This document shows, piece after piece, positions 16,024 to 25,377 of a DNA stretch of 64,000 nucleotides (the stretch's first letter is position 1; every line of letters begins with the position of its first letter). Under the pieces are notes generated by a model, which searched no databases, was not told the DNA's origin, and saw only the letters and a program-made list of their open reading frames with translations. The stretch spans positions 4,477 through 68,476 of the forward strand of contig CACIYM010000001.1 in assembly GCA_902590895.1 (NCBI GenBank), read 5' to 3'. The stretch is from an uncultured Alphaproteobacteria bacterium. GTDB taxonomy: Bacteria > Pseudomonadota > Alphaproteobacteria > Methylaequorales > Methylaequoraceae. The translations under genes were made by a program, and so were the position numbers.

Positions 16024-16934
16024 TTCCCTAGATGAGTTATACCTTTCTTTTTTGCTAAAAAAATTTGTTTTTTCCTTTCCTCAAATCCTCTCTTTTGTTT
16101 ATTTGATGTAAGCCTTTTGCACTTAGGACAATAAACTCCCATTTTATAGCTTGATGATTTCTTTTGGATCTCATTAATTGCTGATCCACAAGCATAACAT
16201 TGATCGTACTTTCCTTTGTAAAGATTATCGTCTAATGCTACTCTTTCATCAAAAACAAAACATTCACCAATCCATTTTTTATTTTTATTTTTTGTTTCTT
16301 TGAGATAGGAGATAATTCCACCATTAAGCTGAAAAACATTATTAAAACCTTGTTGTATCAAATATGCGCTTGCTTTCTCACAACGAACACCTCCTGTACA
16401 AAACATGGCTATTTTTTTATTTTTCATCAATTCTTTGTTCTTATTAAACCACTTAGGAAACTCAGTAAAATTTTTTGTATTAGATCTTAAGGAATTTTTA
16501 AAAGTGCCAATTTCTGATTCGTATACATTTCTAGTATCTATACTTATCACCTCTGGATCACTTATAAGATCATCCCATTTTTTTGCATCAATAAAAGCAC
16601 CAGTTTTATTTACTGGGGAAATACTATTTTTACCTAATTTTATGATCTCCTCTTTAATTTTAACCTTCAATCTTAGAAAAGGATGCGAAATATGATAATG
16701 TAACTTAATTACAAATTTTTGCTTCGTGGTCTTTTCTAAAAAACTAATAAACTTCTCGCCGTTACCGATTTTACAAGAAATAGTCCCATTTAATCCTTCA
16801 CTAGCAATTATTATTGTTCCCCTAAATTTTCTTACCTCTAAAAAATTTAGTAATTTATTTTTTAGTTGTTTAGGGTTACTAAGATTTATAAATTTATAAA
16901 AGGATATTATTTCAAAACTATTTGCTTTATGCAT
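16020..16934 (-). CDS. trhO: rhodanese-domain protein of the UPF0176/YceA (TrhO, tRNA U34 hydroxylase) family
   Basis: Has the rhodanese active-site loop [16 protein letters not shown]. The N-terminal region is family-typical (IISFYKF...LNGTIS) and the tail is Cys-rich (CYACGS...CPKC). I prefer the start at Met6 (ATG 16934-16932); the track start is 16949. Confidence 0.8.
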   Translation of the reverse strand: MHKANSFEIISFYKFINLSNPKQLKNKLLNFLEVRKFRGTIIIASEGLNGTISCKIGNGEKFISFLEKTTKQKFVIKLHYHISHPFLRLKVKIKEEIIKLGKNSISPVNKTGAFIDAKKWDDLISDPEVISIDTRNVYESEIGTFKNSLRSNTKNFTEFPKWFNKNKELMKNKKIAMFCTGGVRCEKASAYLIQQGFNNVFQLNGGIISYLKETKNKNKKWIGECFVFDERVALDDNLYKGKYDQCYACGSAINEIQKKSSSYKMGVYCPKCKRLTSNKQKRGFEERKKQIFLAKKKGITHLGN

Positions 16935-17549
16935 GATATTTTTTTTCAAAACCTTTTCAAAGCGTTTGTGGCAATAGACCCTTTGTCATTAATCCCACTT
17001 TTTGCAGTTTTAACAGCCGATCTTGATTCAAAAAAAACTTTAAATCTATCATTTCTTGTTTTTATAATTACATCAACCGTACTAACATTTTTTTCAATCT
17101 TCGGAAATAAATTTTTATTATTTATGGGAATTTCAATTTATTCTTTCCAAATTATTGGTGGATTTTTTCTACTATTCATTTCTTATGAAATGGTTTTTGA
17201 AAAAAGACTAACAAGAAAGAAGAATGTTGCAAAAAAAATAATTGATGAAAATGAAGTTAAAAATAACGCTGTTTTTCCTGTTTCAATTCCTCTGGTTGCT
17301 GGACCATCTGCTATTACTTTATCAGTGTTAATTTCAAAAGATTTTGGCTATAATGCTTTAGATTTTTATCAAAAAATCTTCCCTATAATAATTATTTTAT
17401 TTATTACCTCTTTAATTATTTTGTTTTCAAATTATATACTAAAATTGCTAAATCAAACTTTTATAATAATATTGCAAAAAATCTTTGGTTTAATATTAGG
17501 AGCTTTATCTGTGGAATTTATAGCACTCGGGATTAAGGGCATATCATGA
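16929..17549 (+). CDS. MarC/UPF0056 family integral membrane protein
   Basis: Polytopic membrane protein with an N-terminal FVAIDPLSLIPLFAVLT motif typical of the MarC family. I prefer the start at Met22 (ATG 16929); the track start at 16866 would overlap trhO. Confidence 0.7.
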   Translation: MHDIFFQNLFKAFVAIDPLSLIPLFAVLTADLDSKKTLNLSFLVFIITSTVLTFFSIFGNKFLLFMGISIYSFQIIGGFFLLFISYEMVFEKRLTRKKNVAKKIIDENEVKNNAVFPVSIPLVAGPSAITLSVLISKDFGYNALDFYQKIFPIIIILFITSLIILFSNYILKLLNQTFIIILQKIFGLILGALSVEFIALGIKGIS

Positions 17550-17701
17550 AGGTTGAATCCCCTTGCATTAATGTATGTCAAATTGATGAAAGCAATTCTT
17601 ATTGTATTGGATGTCTGAGAACTTTAGAAGAAATTTCTAATTGGCAAAGTTATAGCGAAAAGAAAAAAAAAAATATAATTAAATTACTTCCTAATAGATG
17701 A
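17546..17701 (+). CDS. DUF1289 (YdhL-like) small Cys-rich protein, 51 aa
   Basis: Not in the ORF track because it is under 60 aa. My own translation is MKVESPCINVCQIDESNSYCIGCLRTLEEISNWQSYSEKKKKNIIKLLPNR. This matches the DUF1289 signature SPC..(V/I)C..D.....C.GC.RT..EI..W. It has ATGA overlaps with both the preceding and following genes. Confidence 0.7.
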   Translation: MKVESPCINVCQIDESNSYCIGCLRTLEEISNWQSYSEKKKKNIIKLLPNR

Positions 17702-18021
17702 TAATGAATATATTGCTGAAGTTCTTAGTTTTGTTCTTTTTCTTTAACTATGTTAATGCAAAAAATAATTGGTTAGGAGAATGGATAGCTTCTGACAAAT
17801 GGCAGTCTGAATTTTCAATTAAGATTTATGAAGATGGAAGTGCTTCATCTAATTATGGATCTGGTGAAACTGGTAGTTGGGAATTTACAGACGGAAATCT
17901 TACAATTTTTTGGAATTCAGGGAAGACTGATTATTTTTTTAATGGAGTTATGGGGTATCAAAGAATTAGAAAGAACAAAAATGAGAGCTATACATCTGGC
18001 TTGAGAAAGTCATCTAACTAA
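17698..18021 (+). CDS. small secreted protein, unknown function
   Basis: ORF track. Has a signal peptide (MIMNILLKFLVLFFFFNYVNA), then a W/G/S-rich ~85-aa domain. I recognise no family. Confidence 0.5.
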   Translation: MIMNILLKFLVLFFFFNYVNAKNNWLGEWIASDKWQSEFSIKIYEDGSASSNYGSGETGSWEFTDGNLTIFWNSGKTDYFFNGVMGYQRIRKNKNESYTSGLRKSSN

Positions 18022-18300
18022 TTTCAGATTAGGTTTTTTTAAATAACTTAACAACGGTTTTAATTTTTTAGAAGAAACAATCACACAATTTCTGGAACTC
18101 AGCATAAAATGGTTTTTTGATAACTGTTTTTTTGTAATTTGGAACAGTGGTCCCAAGCTATATGACCTATGAATTGAAAAAATGGCACAGTTAGTTTGAA
18201 AGCAAATAGAATAGTCTTTCCATTCTCCTATTGAAATTTTTTTTGAATAAATTTCCATTATTTGATTTATCTCTTCTTTTTTGAATCTAACTAAACTCAT
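18010..18300 (-). CDS. DUF2794-like conserved alphaproteobacterial protein
   Basis: 96 aa. The FKKEEINQIMEIYSKKISIGEWKDYSI...AIFSIHRSYSLGPLFQITKK pattern matches, from memory, the F.R.EL..IL..YG..V..GEWRDYAI...A.FS.FRR..E.PL..I.K pattern of DUF2794. Confidence 0.55.
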   Translation of the reverse strand: MSLVRFKKEEINQIMEIYSKKISIGEWKDYSICFQTNCAIFSIHRSYSLGPLFQITKKQLSKNHFMLSSRNCVIVSSKKLKPLLSYLKKPNLKLVR

Positions 18301-18391
18301 AATAATGAATATTAAAATTGAATTTTTTTTTAATATAATATAATAAAACAGATATTAGTTTATTAATTATTTGAAAAAAAGAAATTAAAAA

Positions 18392-19036
18392 ATGAGTGAA
18401 GAATTTATTAAAGAAGTTGACGAAGATATAAAAGAGGAAAAAAGAGTAAAATTATGGAAAAAACTTATACCTTATGTGATTAGTTTTTCTTTAACGATTA
18501 TATTACTAACATCAGGATTTGTTTTCTGGGAAAATTACACAAAAAACAGTAATCAAACTTTGGGAGACGATTTTACAGCCGCAGTGGATTTAGCTAAAGA
18601 AAATGACACGGATGCTGCACTCCTCGCTCTTGACAGAATCGTTGACAAGGGGTCAGATGGATACGCAACTATAGCAAAAATGAAAAAAGCATCATTACTG
18701 ATTGATAAAGGCTTGTTAGATGAGGGGCTGTCAATTTACCTTGATTTGGAAAGAAACGCGGTTGATCAATCTTTTAGAGATATTGCAACCATACTCTATG
18801 TTTTGAACTCGATGGATAGTAATGATCCTGAAACTTTACTAAAAAAAATTGAGCCACTGGAGAATAGCCAAGTTTGGCAATCTTCAGCTCTAGAGCTAAA
18901 AGCATTTATTTTTTTAAAAAATAATAATAAAAAATTAGCAAAAGAAGCTTTTAAATCAATTTTAAGTCTTAAAACTTCTCCATCATCTTTATCAACAAGA
19001 GCTAGGAATATGATTGAACATCTCAAGGAAGAATAA
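18392..19036 (+). CDS. YfgM-like TM-anchored TPR-like protein
   Basis: Acidic N-terminus (EEFIKEVDEDIKEEKRVKLWKK), one TM and a helical repeat domain. It lies directly upstream of bamB-der, the same order as yfgM-bamB-der. Confidence 0.6.
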   Translation: MSEEFIKEVDEDIKEEKRVKLWKKLIPYVISFSLTIILLTSGFVFWENYTKNSNQTLGDDFTAAVDLAKENDTDAALLALDRIVDKGSDGYATIAKMKKASLLIDKGLLDEGLSIYLDLERNAVDQSFRDIATILYVLNSMDSNDPETLLKKIEPLENSQVWQSSALELKAFIFLKNNNKKLAKEAFKSILSLKTSPSSLSTRARNMIEHLKEE

Positions 19037-19038
19037 AT

Positions 19039-20334
19039 TTGAAAATATATAATTTTTTCTTTGTTAACTTAGTTTTTATTTTCTTGTTATGCTCCTGCTC
19101 ATATTTTGACCAAGAGAAAGAAAATATTTTACCGGGTAAAAGAGAAAGTGTATTCATAAACGATGAAAGGATTTTAAAAAAAGCCAATAAAAAAGTAAAA
19201 ATTTCCCCTCCTGAATACATTAGTTCTTGGACACAGCAACACCAAAACAATAGAAATCATCTTTATCATTTTAAAAGTAATCCAAGTTTGAAATTGTTAA
19301 AAAGATTAAAATTAGGTGATATTAACTTTAAAAATCTTCAATACATACCTTCACCTGTCTTTTTAGAAAATGTAATATACTACTGTGACAACAAATTTAA
19401 TATTTATGCTAAATCTACAGATACAGGTAAAGTACTATGGAAAACTAAATTAACACTTGAAGATTCAGAGAACTTTTCATTTATTGGAGGTATATCTCTC
19501 TCAGGTGAAAGTGTTTTTATTACCACTGGGCTTGGAAATATATATAAAGTAAATAAAAAAAAAGGAAAAATAATTTGGTCTAAAAGATTTTTTATGCAAT
19601 TTTCTAGACCTCCTTTAATCTATAAAAATAAAATTTTTGTTATTTCAGACGATAATCAAGTTTTCGCGTTAAATATAATCTCGGGAGATACAATTTGGTC
19701 ACACGTTGGAAATATTGAGGAGGTTTCAATCTTAGGTGGCTCAAAACCTGTGATAGACGAGGAGACTTTAGTTGTAACTTACTCTTCTGGTGAAATTTTT
19801 GCCTTTAATCAAAATGACGGTTCAATCATCTGGTTTGATAATAGTAATTCAGGGAGTATTTTTTCACGTACAAATGTTAATGACATTCAATCTCCATTGA
19901 CAATTGAAAATAAAACTTTGTATGTACCAACTTTTTCTGAAAAACTTCTTGTTTACAATCTCAAAGATGGAAAAAAAAAATGGGACTTAAAATTATCATC
20001 AGTGAATCCCTTAGTTATTTCTGGTGATGTAGTATTTGTATTAGATACAACTGGAAAATTGATGTGTCTTGAAAAGTTATCAGGTAATTTAACATGGGCA
20101 GTTCAATTAAAAATGAAAAAAAAAAATAAGGATATAGTTTGGTTCGGGCCATTGTTATCAACAAATAAATTGATTTTAGTTTCATCGGACGGATTAGTTT
20201 TGTCCTTGTCACCATTTAGTGGTAAAATTTTAAGTAAGATTCAATTTGACGAAAGTTTTTTAAATAATCCAATACAAGTAAAAGAAAATATTTATCTAAT
20301 TTCTAAGCAAGGAACATTATTTATTTTAGGTTAG
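19039..20334 (+). CDS. bamB: outer membrane assembly lipoprotein BamB (PQQ-like beta-propeller)
   Basis: Has a lipobox (FLLCSCS). Repeated W-containing propeller blades are present (GKVLWKTKL, GKIIWSKRF, GDTIWSHVG, GSIIWFD, GKKKWDLKL, GNLTWAVQL). Lies upstream of der. Confidence 0.8.
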   Translation: MKIYNFFFVNLVFIFLLCSCSYFDQEKENILPGKRESVFINDERILKKANKKVKISPPEYISSWTQQHQNNRNHLYHFKSNPSLKLLKRLKLGDINFKNLQYIPSPVFLENVIYYCDNKFNIYAKSTDTGKVLWKTKLTLEDSENFSFIGGISLSGESVFITTGLGNIYKVNKKKGKIIWSKRFFMQFSRPPLIYKNKIFVISDDNQVFALNIISGDTIWSHVGNIEEVSILGGSKPVIDEETLVVTYSSGEIFAFNQNDGSIIWFDNSNSGSIFSRTNVNDIQSPLTIENKTLYVPTFSEKLLVYNLKDGKKKWDLKLSSVNPLVISGDVVFVLDTTGKLMCLEKLSGNLTWAVQLKMKKKNKDIVWFGPLLSTNKLILVSSDGLVLSLSPFSGKILSKIQFDESFLNNPIQVKENIYLISKQGTLFILG

Positions 20335-20336
20335 AA

Positions 20337-21656
20337 ATGACTAACAATATCATTATATTGGGCAAACCTAACGCTGGAAAATCTTCCTTATTTAACGCAC
20401 TACTAGGAAAGCAAATAGCTGTAGTTAATGATTTTGAGGGGCTTACTAGGGATTTAAAAGAAATTGAAATAAATATTAATGAGAAAGTTTGTAGTGTCAT
20501 TGATTCACCCGGAATAACAGGTGGTAAAAGTTTAATTGAAAAGGAAATAAAAAAAAAAACAATCTTATCAATAGAGAAATGTGATTTAATATTTTTAGTC
20601 ATTGATGGAAAAAAAAATTTGACTAGTGAGGACTTTGAGATTTTTAATATAGTAAGAAAATCCCAAAAAAAAACTTTATTAATAATAAACAAAACTGAAG
20701 GACAAATAAATGAAGCTTTAATTGATGAGTGCAATAATTTAGGTTTTGGTTTACCTATAAAAATTTCTACAGCACATATGCAAGGAATTGATCATCTAAA
20801 ATATTTAGTCACAGAAATTTTTCATAATGAAACTTATGGAAAACCTCCTAATGAGGTTAAAGAATTGTCTATTGCAATTGTAGGTAAAACAAACTCCGGT
20901 AAATCAACACTGTTAAACACTCTTAAGGGTGAAAATTTATCAATTACAGGTGATTTACCTCATTTGACTAGGGATGCAGTTGAAACAACAATTAAAAATA
21001 ACTTATTTGAATCAAAGATAATCGATACTGCTGGCTTTAGTAAATCTAAAAGTGATGAAGATAAGATTAATTACTTATTTACTGATCAAACAAAAAAAAA
21101 GATCAGGTTATCTAAAATTATAATCATTCTAATGGATATTGATGACTATTTTGAAAGAATTCATTCAAAAATTTTAAAATTCGTTTATGAAGAGAATAGG
21201 TGTATGATTCTGGCAGTAAATAAAATTGATGAAAAAAAAAAAATTCTAGAAAATGAAATAAAAAAAAAAATATATAACTTAACACCACAAATTAGAGGTT
21301 TGCCAGTTTATTTTATCTCGGCAAAGGAAAATATTGGTCTTAAAGAAATGATTCATGGTATAAAAAAACAGTATGATATATGGAATAAAAGAATTTCAAC
21401 TGGAAGATTAAATTCTTGGTTACAAGACATAACAAAAAAAAATCCACCGCCTCTTCATAATAAAAAGATAGTAAAGTTTAAATACATTGTACAAGTTTCG
21501 ACAAGTCCTCCAAAGTTCAATGTTTTTTTGAATTTAAATGATGTTTTAAAAAACCCATATAAAAGATTTATAGAAAATAAACTTAAAACGCATTTTGAAA
21601 TGAATGGTCTTCCGCTTAAGATAATATATAAGAAAACAGCAAATCCCTATGAATAA
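20337..21656 (+). CDS. der: ribosome-associated GTPase Der/EngA
   Basis: Has two tandem GTPase domains (GKPNAGKSSLFN, DSPG; GKTNSGKSTLLN, DTAG, NKID) plus a KH-like C-terminus. Confidence 0.95.
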   Translation: MTNNIIILGKPNAGKSSLFNALLGKQIAVVNDFEGLTRDLKEIEININEKVCSVIDSPGITGGKSLIEKEIKKKTILSIEKCDLIFLVIDGKKNLTSEDFEIFNIVRKSQKKTLLIINKTEGQINEALIDECNNLGFGLPIKISTAHMQGIDHLKYLVTEIFHNETYGKPPNEVKELSIAIVGKTNSGKSTLLNTLKGENLSITGDLPHLTRDAVETTIKNNLFESKIIDTAGFSKSKSDEDKINYLFTDQTKKKIRLSKIIIILMDIDDYFERIHSKILKFVYEENRCMILAVNKIDEKKKILENEIKKKIYNLTPQIRGLPVYFISAKENIGLKEMIHGIKKQYDIWNKRISTGRLNSWLQDITKKNPPPLHNKKIVKFKYIVQVSTSPPKFNVFLNLNDVLKNPYKRFIENKLKTHFEMNGLPLKIIYKKTANPYE

Positions 21657-21933
21657 AAATTTATTATTCCTAACCCTTTTAATTTTTTTTAGAATATCTG
21701 ATGCTAATGATATAAAAACATTTACAATTATACAAAATTGTAATGTTTGTCATACTGAAAAATATAAAAAATCAAGTAGTATTAAATCACTAAAAACACT
21801 TGAAAAAGAATATTTTTTAACAAAAATGTATGAGTATAAAAAAGAAAATAAAAACGGTGTTATGAACAGAATTTTAGATCCAATTAATGTCTTAGATATA
21901 ATTGAAATGGCTGATTATCTTTATGGAGAATAA
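21649..21933 (+). CDS. monohaem c-type cytochrome (flavocytochrome c cytochrome subunit-like)
   Basis: Has a signal peptide (MNKNLLFLTLLIFFRISDA), a single CxxCH motif (CNVCH) and a distal Met candidate (GVMNRI). It overlaps the following flavoprotein gene by 11 nt. Confidence 0.7.
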   Translation: MNKNLLFLTLLIFFRISDANDIKTFTIIQNCNVCHTEKYKKSSSIKSLKTLEKEYFLTKMYEYKKENKNGVMNRILDPINVLDIIEMADYLYGE

Positions 21934-23206
21934 TATAAATACAAGAAGAGTGTTCCTTAATAATATAAAAAATTTTTTTTTATATAGTTTTCTAAGCCAA
22001 TTTTTTTTTGTTAAAAACCTAAAAGCAAAAAATGTCAAACCCAAAGTAGTAGTAGTAGGTTCAGGTTTTGGTGGCGGAACCTGTATAAAATATTTGTCTA
22101 AATATTCTAAAATTTTGGATTTACAAGTAATTGATAAATACACTCAAATTCAAACATGTCCTTTTTCAAACCTTGTTATAGGTAATGTTATGGATTACAA
22201 AGACATCACCTTTGACATAAATAAAAATTTAGAAGCAAAGTTTCACACTGGACAAATAAAATATATTAATCCAGAAAAAAAACAAATCTACTTTTCTGAC
22301 GATTTATCGATGAATTATGATTTCTTGATATTATCACCAGGCATTGGTTTTAAGAAAAATCAAATTGATGGGTATTCAATAGAGGATGAAAGTTTTGTTC
22401 CGCATTGTTGGACAGGAAATAAAAAAATTTTAGAATTCAAAAAAAGACTAAATAGCTTAGATGATGGATGTAGTTTAGTTATTTCTGCTCCAGAGTATCC
22501 GTATAGATGTCCCCCAGCGCCATATGAAAGGGCTTCAATGATTGCTAACTACCTAATGAAAAAAAAAAAACAATTTAAAATTTTCATTTTAGACTCCAAA
22601 AATTCTTTTACAAAAAAAGAAATATTTTTTAATGAATGGAAAAAAAAATATAATGATTCAATTGAATGGATTAGTAAAAAAGATGGTGGAAAAATTATAA
22701 ATGTAAATGACGGAGTTGTTACCACTGAAGGTGGACTAAAATTTTCATCTGATTTTTTGCATATAATTCCGAATCAGCAGGCCTCTGAAATATTCCATAA
22801 TTCTGGTTTAACTTCTGATGACTGGTGTTCGATTAATCCGATAAATTTTGAAGTAACCGGATCCAAAGATATTTATGCTCTTGGAGATTCAATAGACGCC
22901 GGTGATATGCCAAAATCAAGCTTTTCTGCTAATAGCCAAGCAAAGATGTTATCAATGAATTTAGTAAATAAGATTTTGGAGAAAGATTATGTTGAACCTG
23001 TTTTTTTAAATACATGTTACAGTTTCTCTTCAAATGATAGAGCCTTTTCTATCACTTCATGGTATAGGTTAAATAGTCAAAAAAATAGGATTGTTTCTCT
23101 TGGCAGCAAAGAAAGTAATGTTGATGCAAGTGATCTCGATAGATTAAGAGAATCAAAAGAAGCACATGATTGGTATGAAAATATTACACAAATGATTTAC
23201 AGTTAA
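21923..23206 (+). CDS. fccB: flavocytochrome c sulfide dehydrogenase flavoprotein subunit-like FAD oxidoreductase, Tat-exported
   Basis: Has a twin-arginine signal (NTRRVFLNNIKNFF...NLKA) and an FAD fold (VVVVGSGFGGGT). Its ~430-aa length is typical of FccB/SoxF, and it is coupled to the upstream cytochrome c gene. I prefer the start at Met8 (ATG 21923); the track start is 21902. Confidence 0.7.
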   Translation: MENNINTRRVFLNNIKNFFLYSFLSQFFFVKNLKAKNVKPKVVVVGSGFGGGTCIKYLSKYSKILDLQVIDKYTQIQTCPFSNLVIGNVMDYKDITFDINKNLEAKFHTGQIKYINPEKKQIYFSDDLSMNYDFLILSPGIGFKKNQIDGYSIEDESFVPHCWTGNKKILEFKKRLNSLDDGCSLVISAPEYPYRCPPAPYERASMIANYLMKKKKQFKIFILDSKNSFTKKEIFFNEWKKKYNDSIEWISKKDGGKIINVNDGVVTTEGGLKFSSDFLHIIPNQQASEIFHNSGLTSDDWCSINPINFEVTGSKDIYALGDSIDAGDMPKSSFSANSQAKMLSMNLVNKILEKDYVEPVFLNTCYSFSSNDRAFSITSWYRLNSQKNRIVSLGSKESNVDASDLDRLRESKEAHDWYENITQMIYS

Positions 23207-23895
23207 TCCAGATTTGCAAATAGTTTATTATTTTTATCATCAAATGCATTAACTATAACTTTTTCTATAATCGTATCATGGTTTTCTTTGTTTTCTTTTT
23301 TTGTATACATCTTCGAAGTAATACCATTATTAAGTAAAGGAATTTTAATTATTTTTGTTAAAATTTTTAATCGTTTATTCTCTTCATAAAAAATCTCTCC
23401 AATAACTTTTTTCATAACTTGTGAAATATTAAAAAAATTTTGATAAGGTTTTCCTATTAATGAGTCATCATTTATTACAAAAATTACTCTTGGATTTGTT
23501 GACCTTTTTAATAACGGTTCAAGTTCTTTTAAAATTTTCCAAAAAGAATTTACATTTATTTCAACCATTTCCTCCCACTCATCATTGGTTAGATTTGTTA
23601 GAGGGGAAAGCCTCTCAAACTTTCCAACAAAATTCATTAAAAAATCGAGATAATCAAACCTTGAATTAATAATTCTAAATAAATTAGAAAAAAAATTTTT
23701 GTCTGTTAGATCACCTTGAAGAAGAGTTTGTCTTAAATTAAATTTTTCTTTTAAATCATCATCTAACTTCTCTAATTTTTTTTTTGATTTACCATGTAAA
23801 ATTAATTTCATTCCTTTTTTTGTCATTTTGTGAGCAACTTGAGACCCAATGAAACCTGTTGCACCAAATATAATACCCTTACCATTTTCAGACAT
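23203..23895 (-). CDS. short-chain dehydrogenase/reductase-like NAD(P)-binding protein
   Basis: Has an N-terminal Rossmann motif (IIFGATGFIGSQVA). At 230 aa its specificity is not assignable. Confidence 0.65.
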   Translation of the reverse strand: MSENGKGIIFGATGFIGSQVAHKMTKKGMKLILHGKSKKKLEKLDDDLKEKFNLRQTLLQGDLTDKNFFSNLFRIINSRFDYLDFLMNFVGKFERLSPLTNLTNDEWEEMVEINVNSFWKILKELEPLLKRSTNPRVIFVINDDSLIGKPYQNFFNISQVMKKVIGEIFYEENKRLKILTKIIKIPLLNNGITSKMYTKKENKENHDTIIEKVIVNAFDDKNNKLFANLD

Positions 23896-23898
23896 AAT

Positions 23899-25377
23899 CT
23901 ATTTCTTTGCTTCAATTAGAAGTGAAAGCTGTGATGGAAGGGAACCTAACTTTTGATCAACCAGTTCAACAGGATAATCACCACTGAAGTAGTGATCAGT
24001 AAATTCTGGTTTACCATTATCTCTTCCTTTTTTATGACCCAGAGCCTTATAAACTCCGTCTAATGAAATGAAACTTAAACTATCAACTCCAATATATTTT
24101 TGAATTTCTTTAATAGAGAATTTTGAGGCTAACAATTCTTTTTTTGTAGGTGTATCAATTCCATAAAAACAAGGAAATTTTACCGGAGGACTTGCTATCC
24201 TCATATGAATTTTCTTTACTCCGCAATTTCTCAGCATTTCAACAATTTTTATTGACGTAGTCCCCCTAACAATTGAATCATCAATCAATGCTATATTTTT
24301 ATTTTTTAGTGAAAAAAGATTAGGGTTATGTTTTAGTTTAACAGATAAGTGTCTAATAGATGTTGATTCTTGAATGAAGGTTCGACCAGTGTAGTGGTTT
24401 CTTATTATACCAAATTCAAATGGTTTCTTAATTTTCTCAGAGTATCCTAAAGCAGAAGCATTTCCAGAGTCGGGAATTGGTATAACTACATCAATTTTAT
24501 CTTTGTCACCTTTATTTTCATCTGCCAATTCAATTCCAATTTTTTTTCTTACATCATAAACATTTCTTCCCTCGAAAATACTATCTGGTCTAGAAAAATA
24601 TATATATTCAAATAAACAAGGTCTAAGGTTTGTTTTTTTAAATGGTTTAATCGACTCTAATTTGTTTTCTTTAATCACAACTATTTCACCAGGTTCTATA
24701 TCTCTTATAAGTTCTGCGCCAATAATATCTAAACCACAGCTTTCAGAACTTAAAATATAAGAATTTTTATATTTTCCCAATACTAACGGTCTTATGCCAA
24801 AAGGATCTCTCACACCAATTAATTTAGTGTTAGTCATTATTAAAAGTGAGTATGCTCCACTAATTGAGTTTAAAGCATAGGTTAGTCTCTCTAACAATGT
24901 TCCAGACGCTGTTGATAATAAGTGAAGTATTACCTCGGTATCAGATGTTGATTGAAAAATTGAACCTGACTTAATCAATTTTTCCTTAAGTTGATGGGTA
25001 TTGGTAAGATTACCATTATGTGCTATCGCAACCCCCCCCACACTTAATTCAGAGAAAAGAGGTTGAACATTTTTTAATGCAGACTCTCCGGTAGTACCAT
25101 ATCTATTATGTCCTATTGACATTGAACCCTGAAGAGTGTTGAGAAGCTCAGAGTTTGAAAAGACTTCAGAAACTTGCCCCATACCTCTATGAGCATAAAA
25201 ATTATTTTTATCACTAGTAACTATACCTGTAGAGTCTTGGCCCCTGTGCTGAAGAGCATGAAGACCTAAAGCCACAAGATTCGCAGCGTTTTGATCATTT
25301 GATATGCCAAAAATGCCACATTCATCTTTAGGTTTATTATCCAAAAAAAAATATTTTGTTTTATTCTGAATTTTCAA
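23899..25377 (-). CDS. purF: amidophosphoribosyltransferase PurF
   Basis: Has the Ntn-glutaminase N-terminus CGIFGI, preceded by ~20 aa (a propeptide or an upstream start). The PRTase motif is IALIDDSIVRGTT. Shows cvpA-purF synteny. Confidence 0.95.
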   Translation of the reverse strand: MKIQNKTKYFFLDNKPKDECGIFGISNDQNAANLVALGLHALQHRGQDSTGIVTSDKNNFYAHRGMGQVSEVFSNSELLNTLQGSMSIGHNRYGTTGESALKNVQPLFSELSVGGVAIAHNGNLTNTHQLKEKLIKSGSIFQSTSDTEVILHLLSTASGTLLERLTYALNSISGAYSLLIMTNTKLIGVRDPFGIRPLVLGKYKNSYILSSESCGLDIIGAELIRDIEPGEIVVIKENKLESIKPFKKTNLRPCLFEYIYFSRPDSIFEGRNVYDVRKKIGIELADENKGDKDKIDVVIPIPDSGNASALGYSEKIKKPFEFGIIRNHYTGRTFIQESTSIRHLSVKLKHNPNLFSLKNKNIALIDDSIVRGTTSIKIVEMLRNCGVKKIHMRIASPPVKFPCFYGIDTPTKKELLASKFSIKEIQKYIGVDSLSFISLDGVYKALGHKKGRDNGKPEFTDHYFSGDYPVELVDQKLGSLPSQLSLLIEAKK

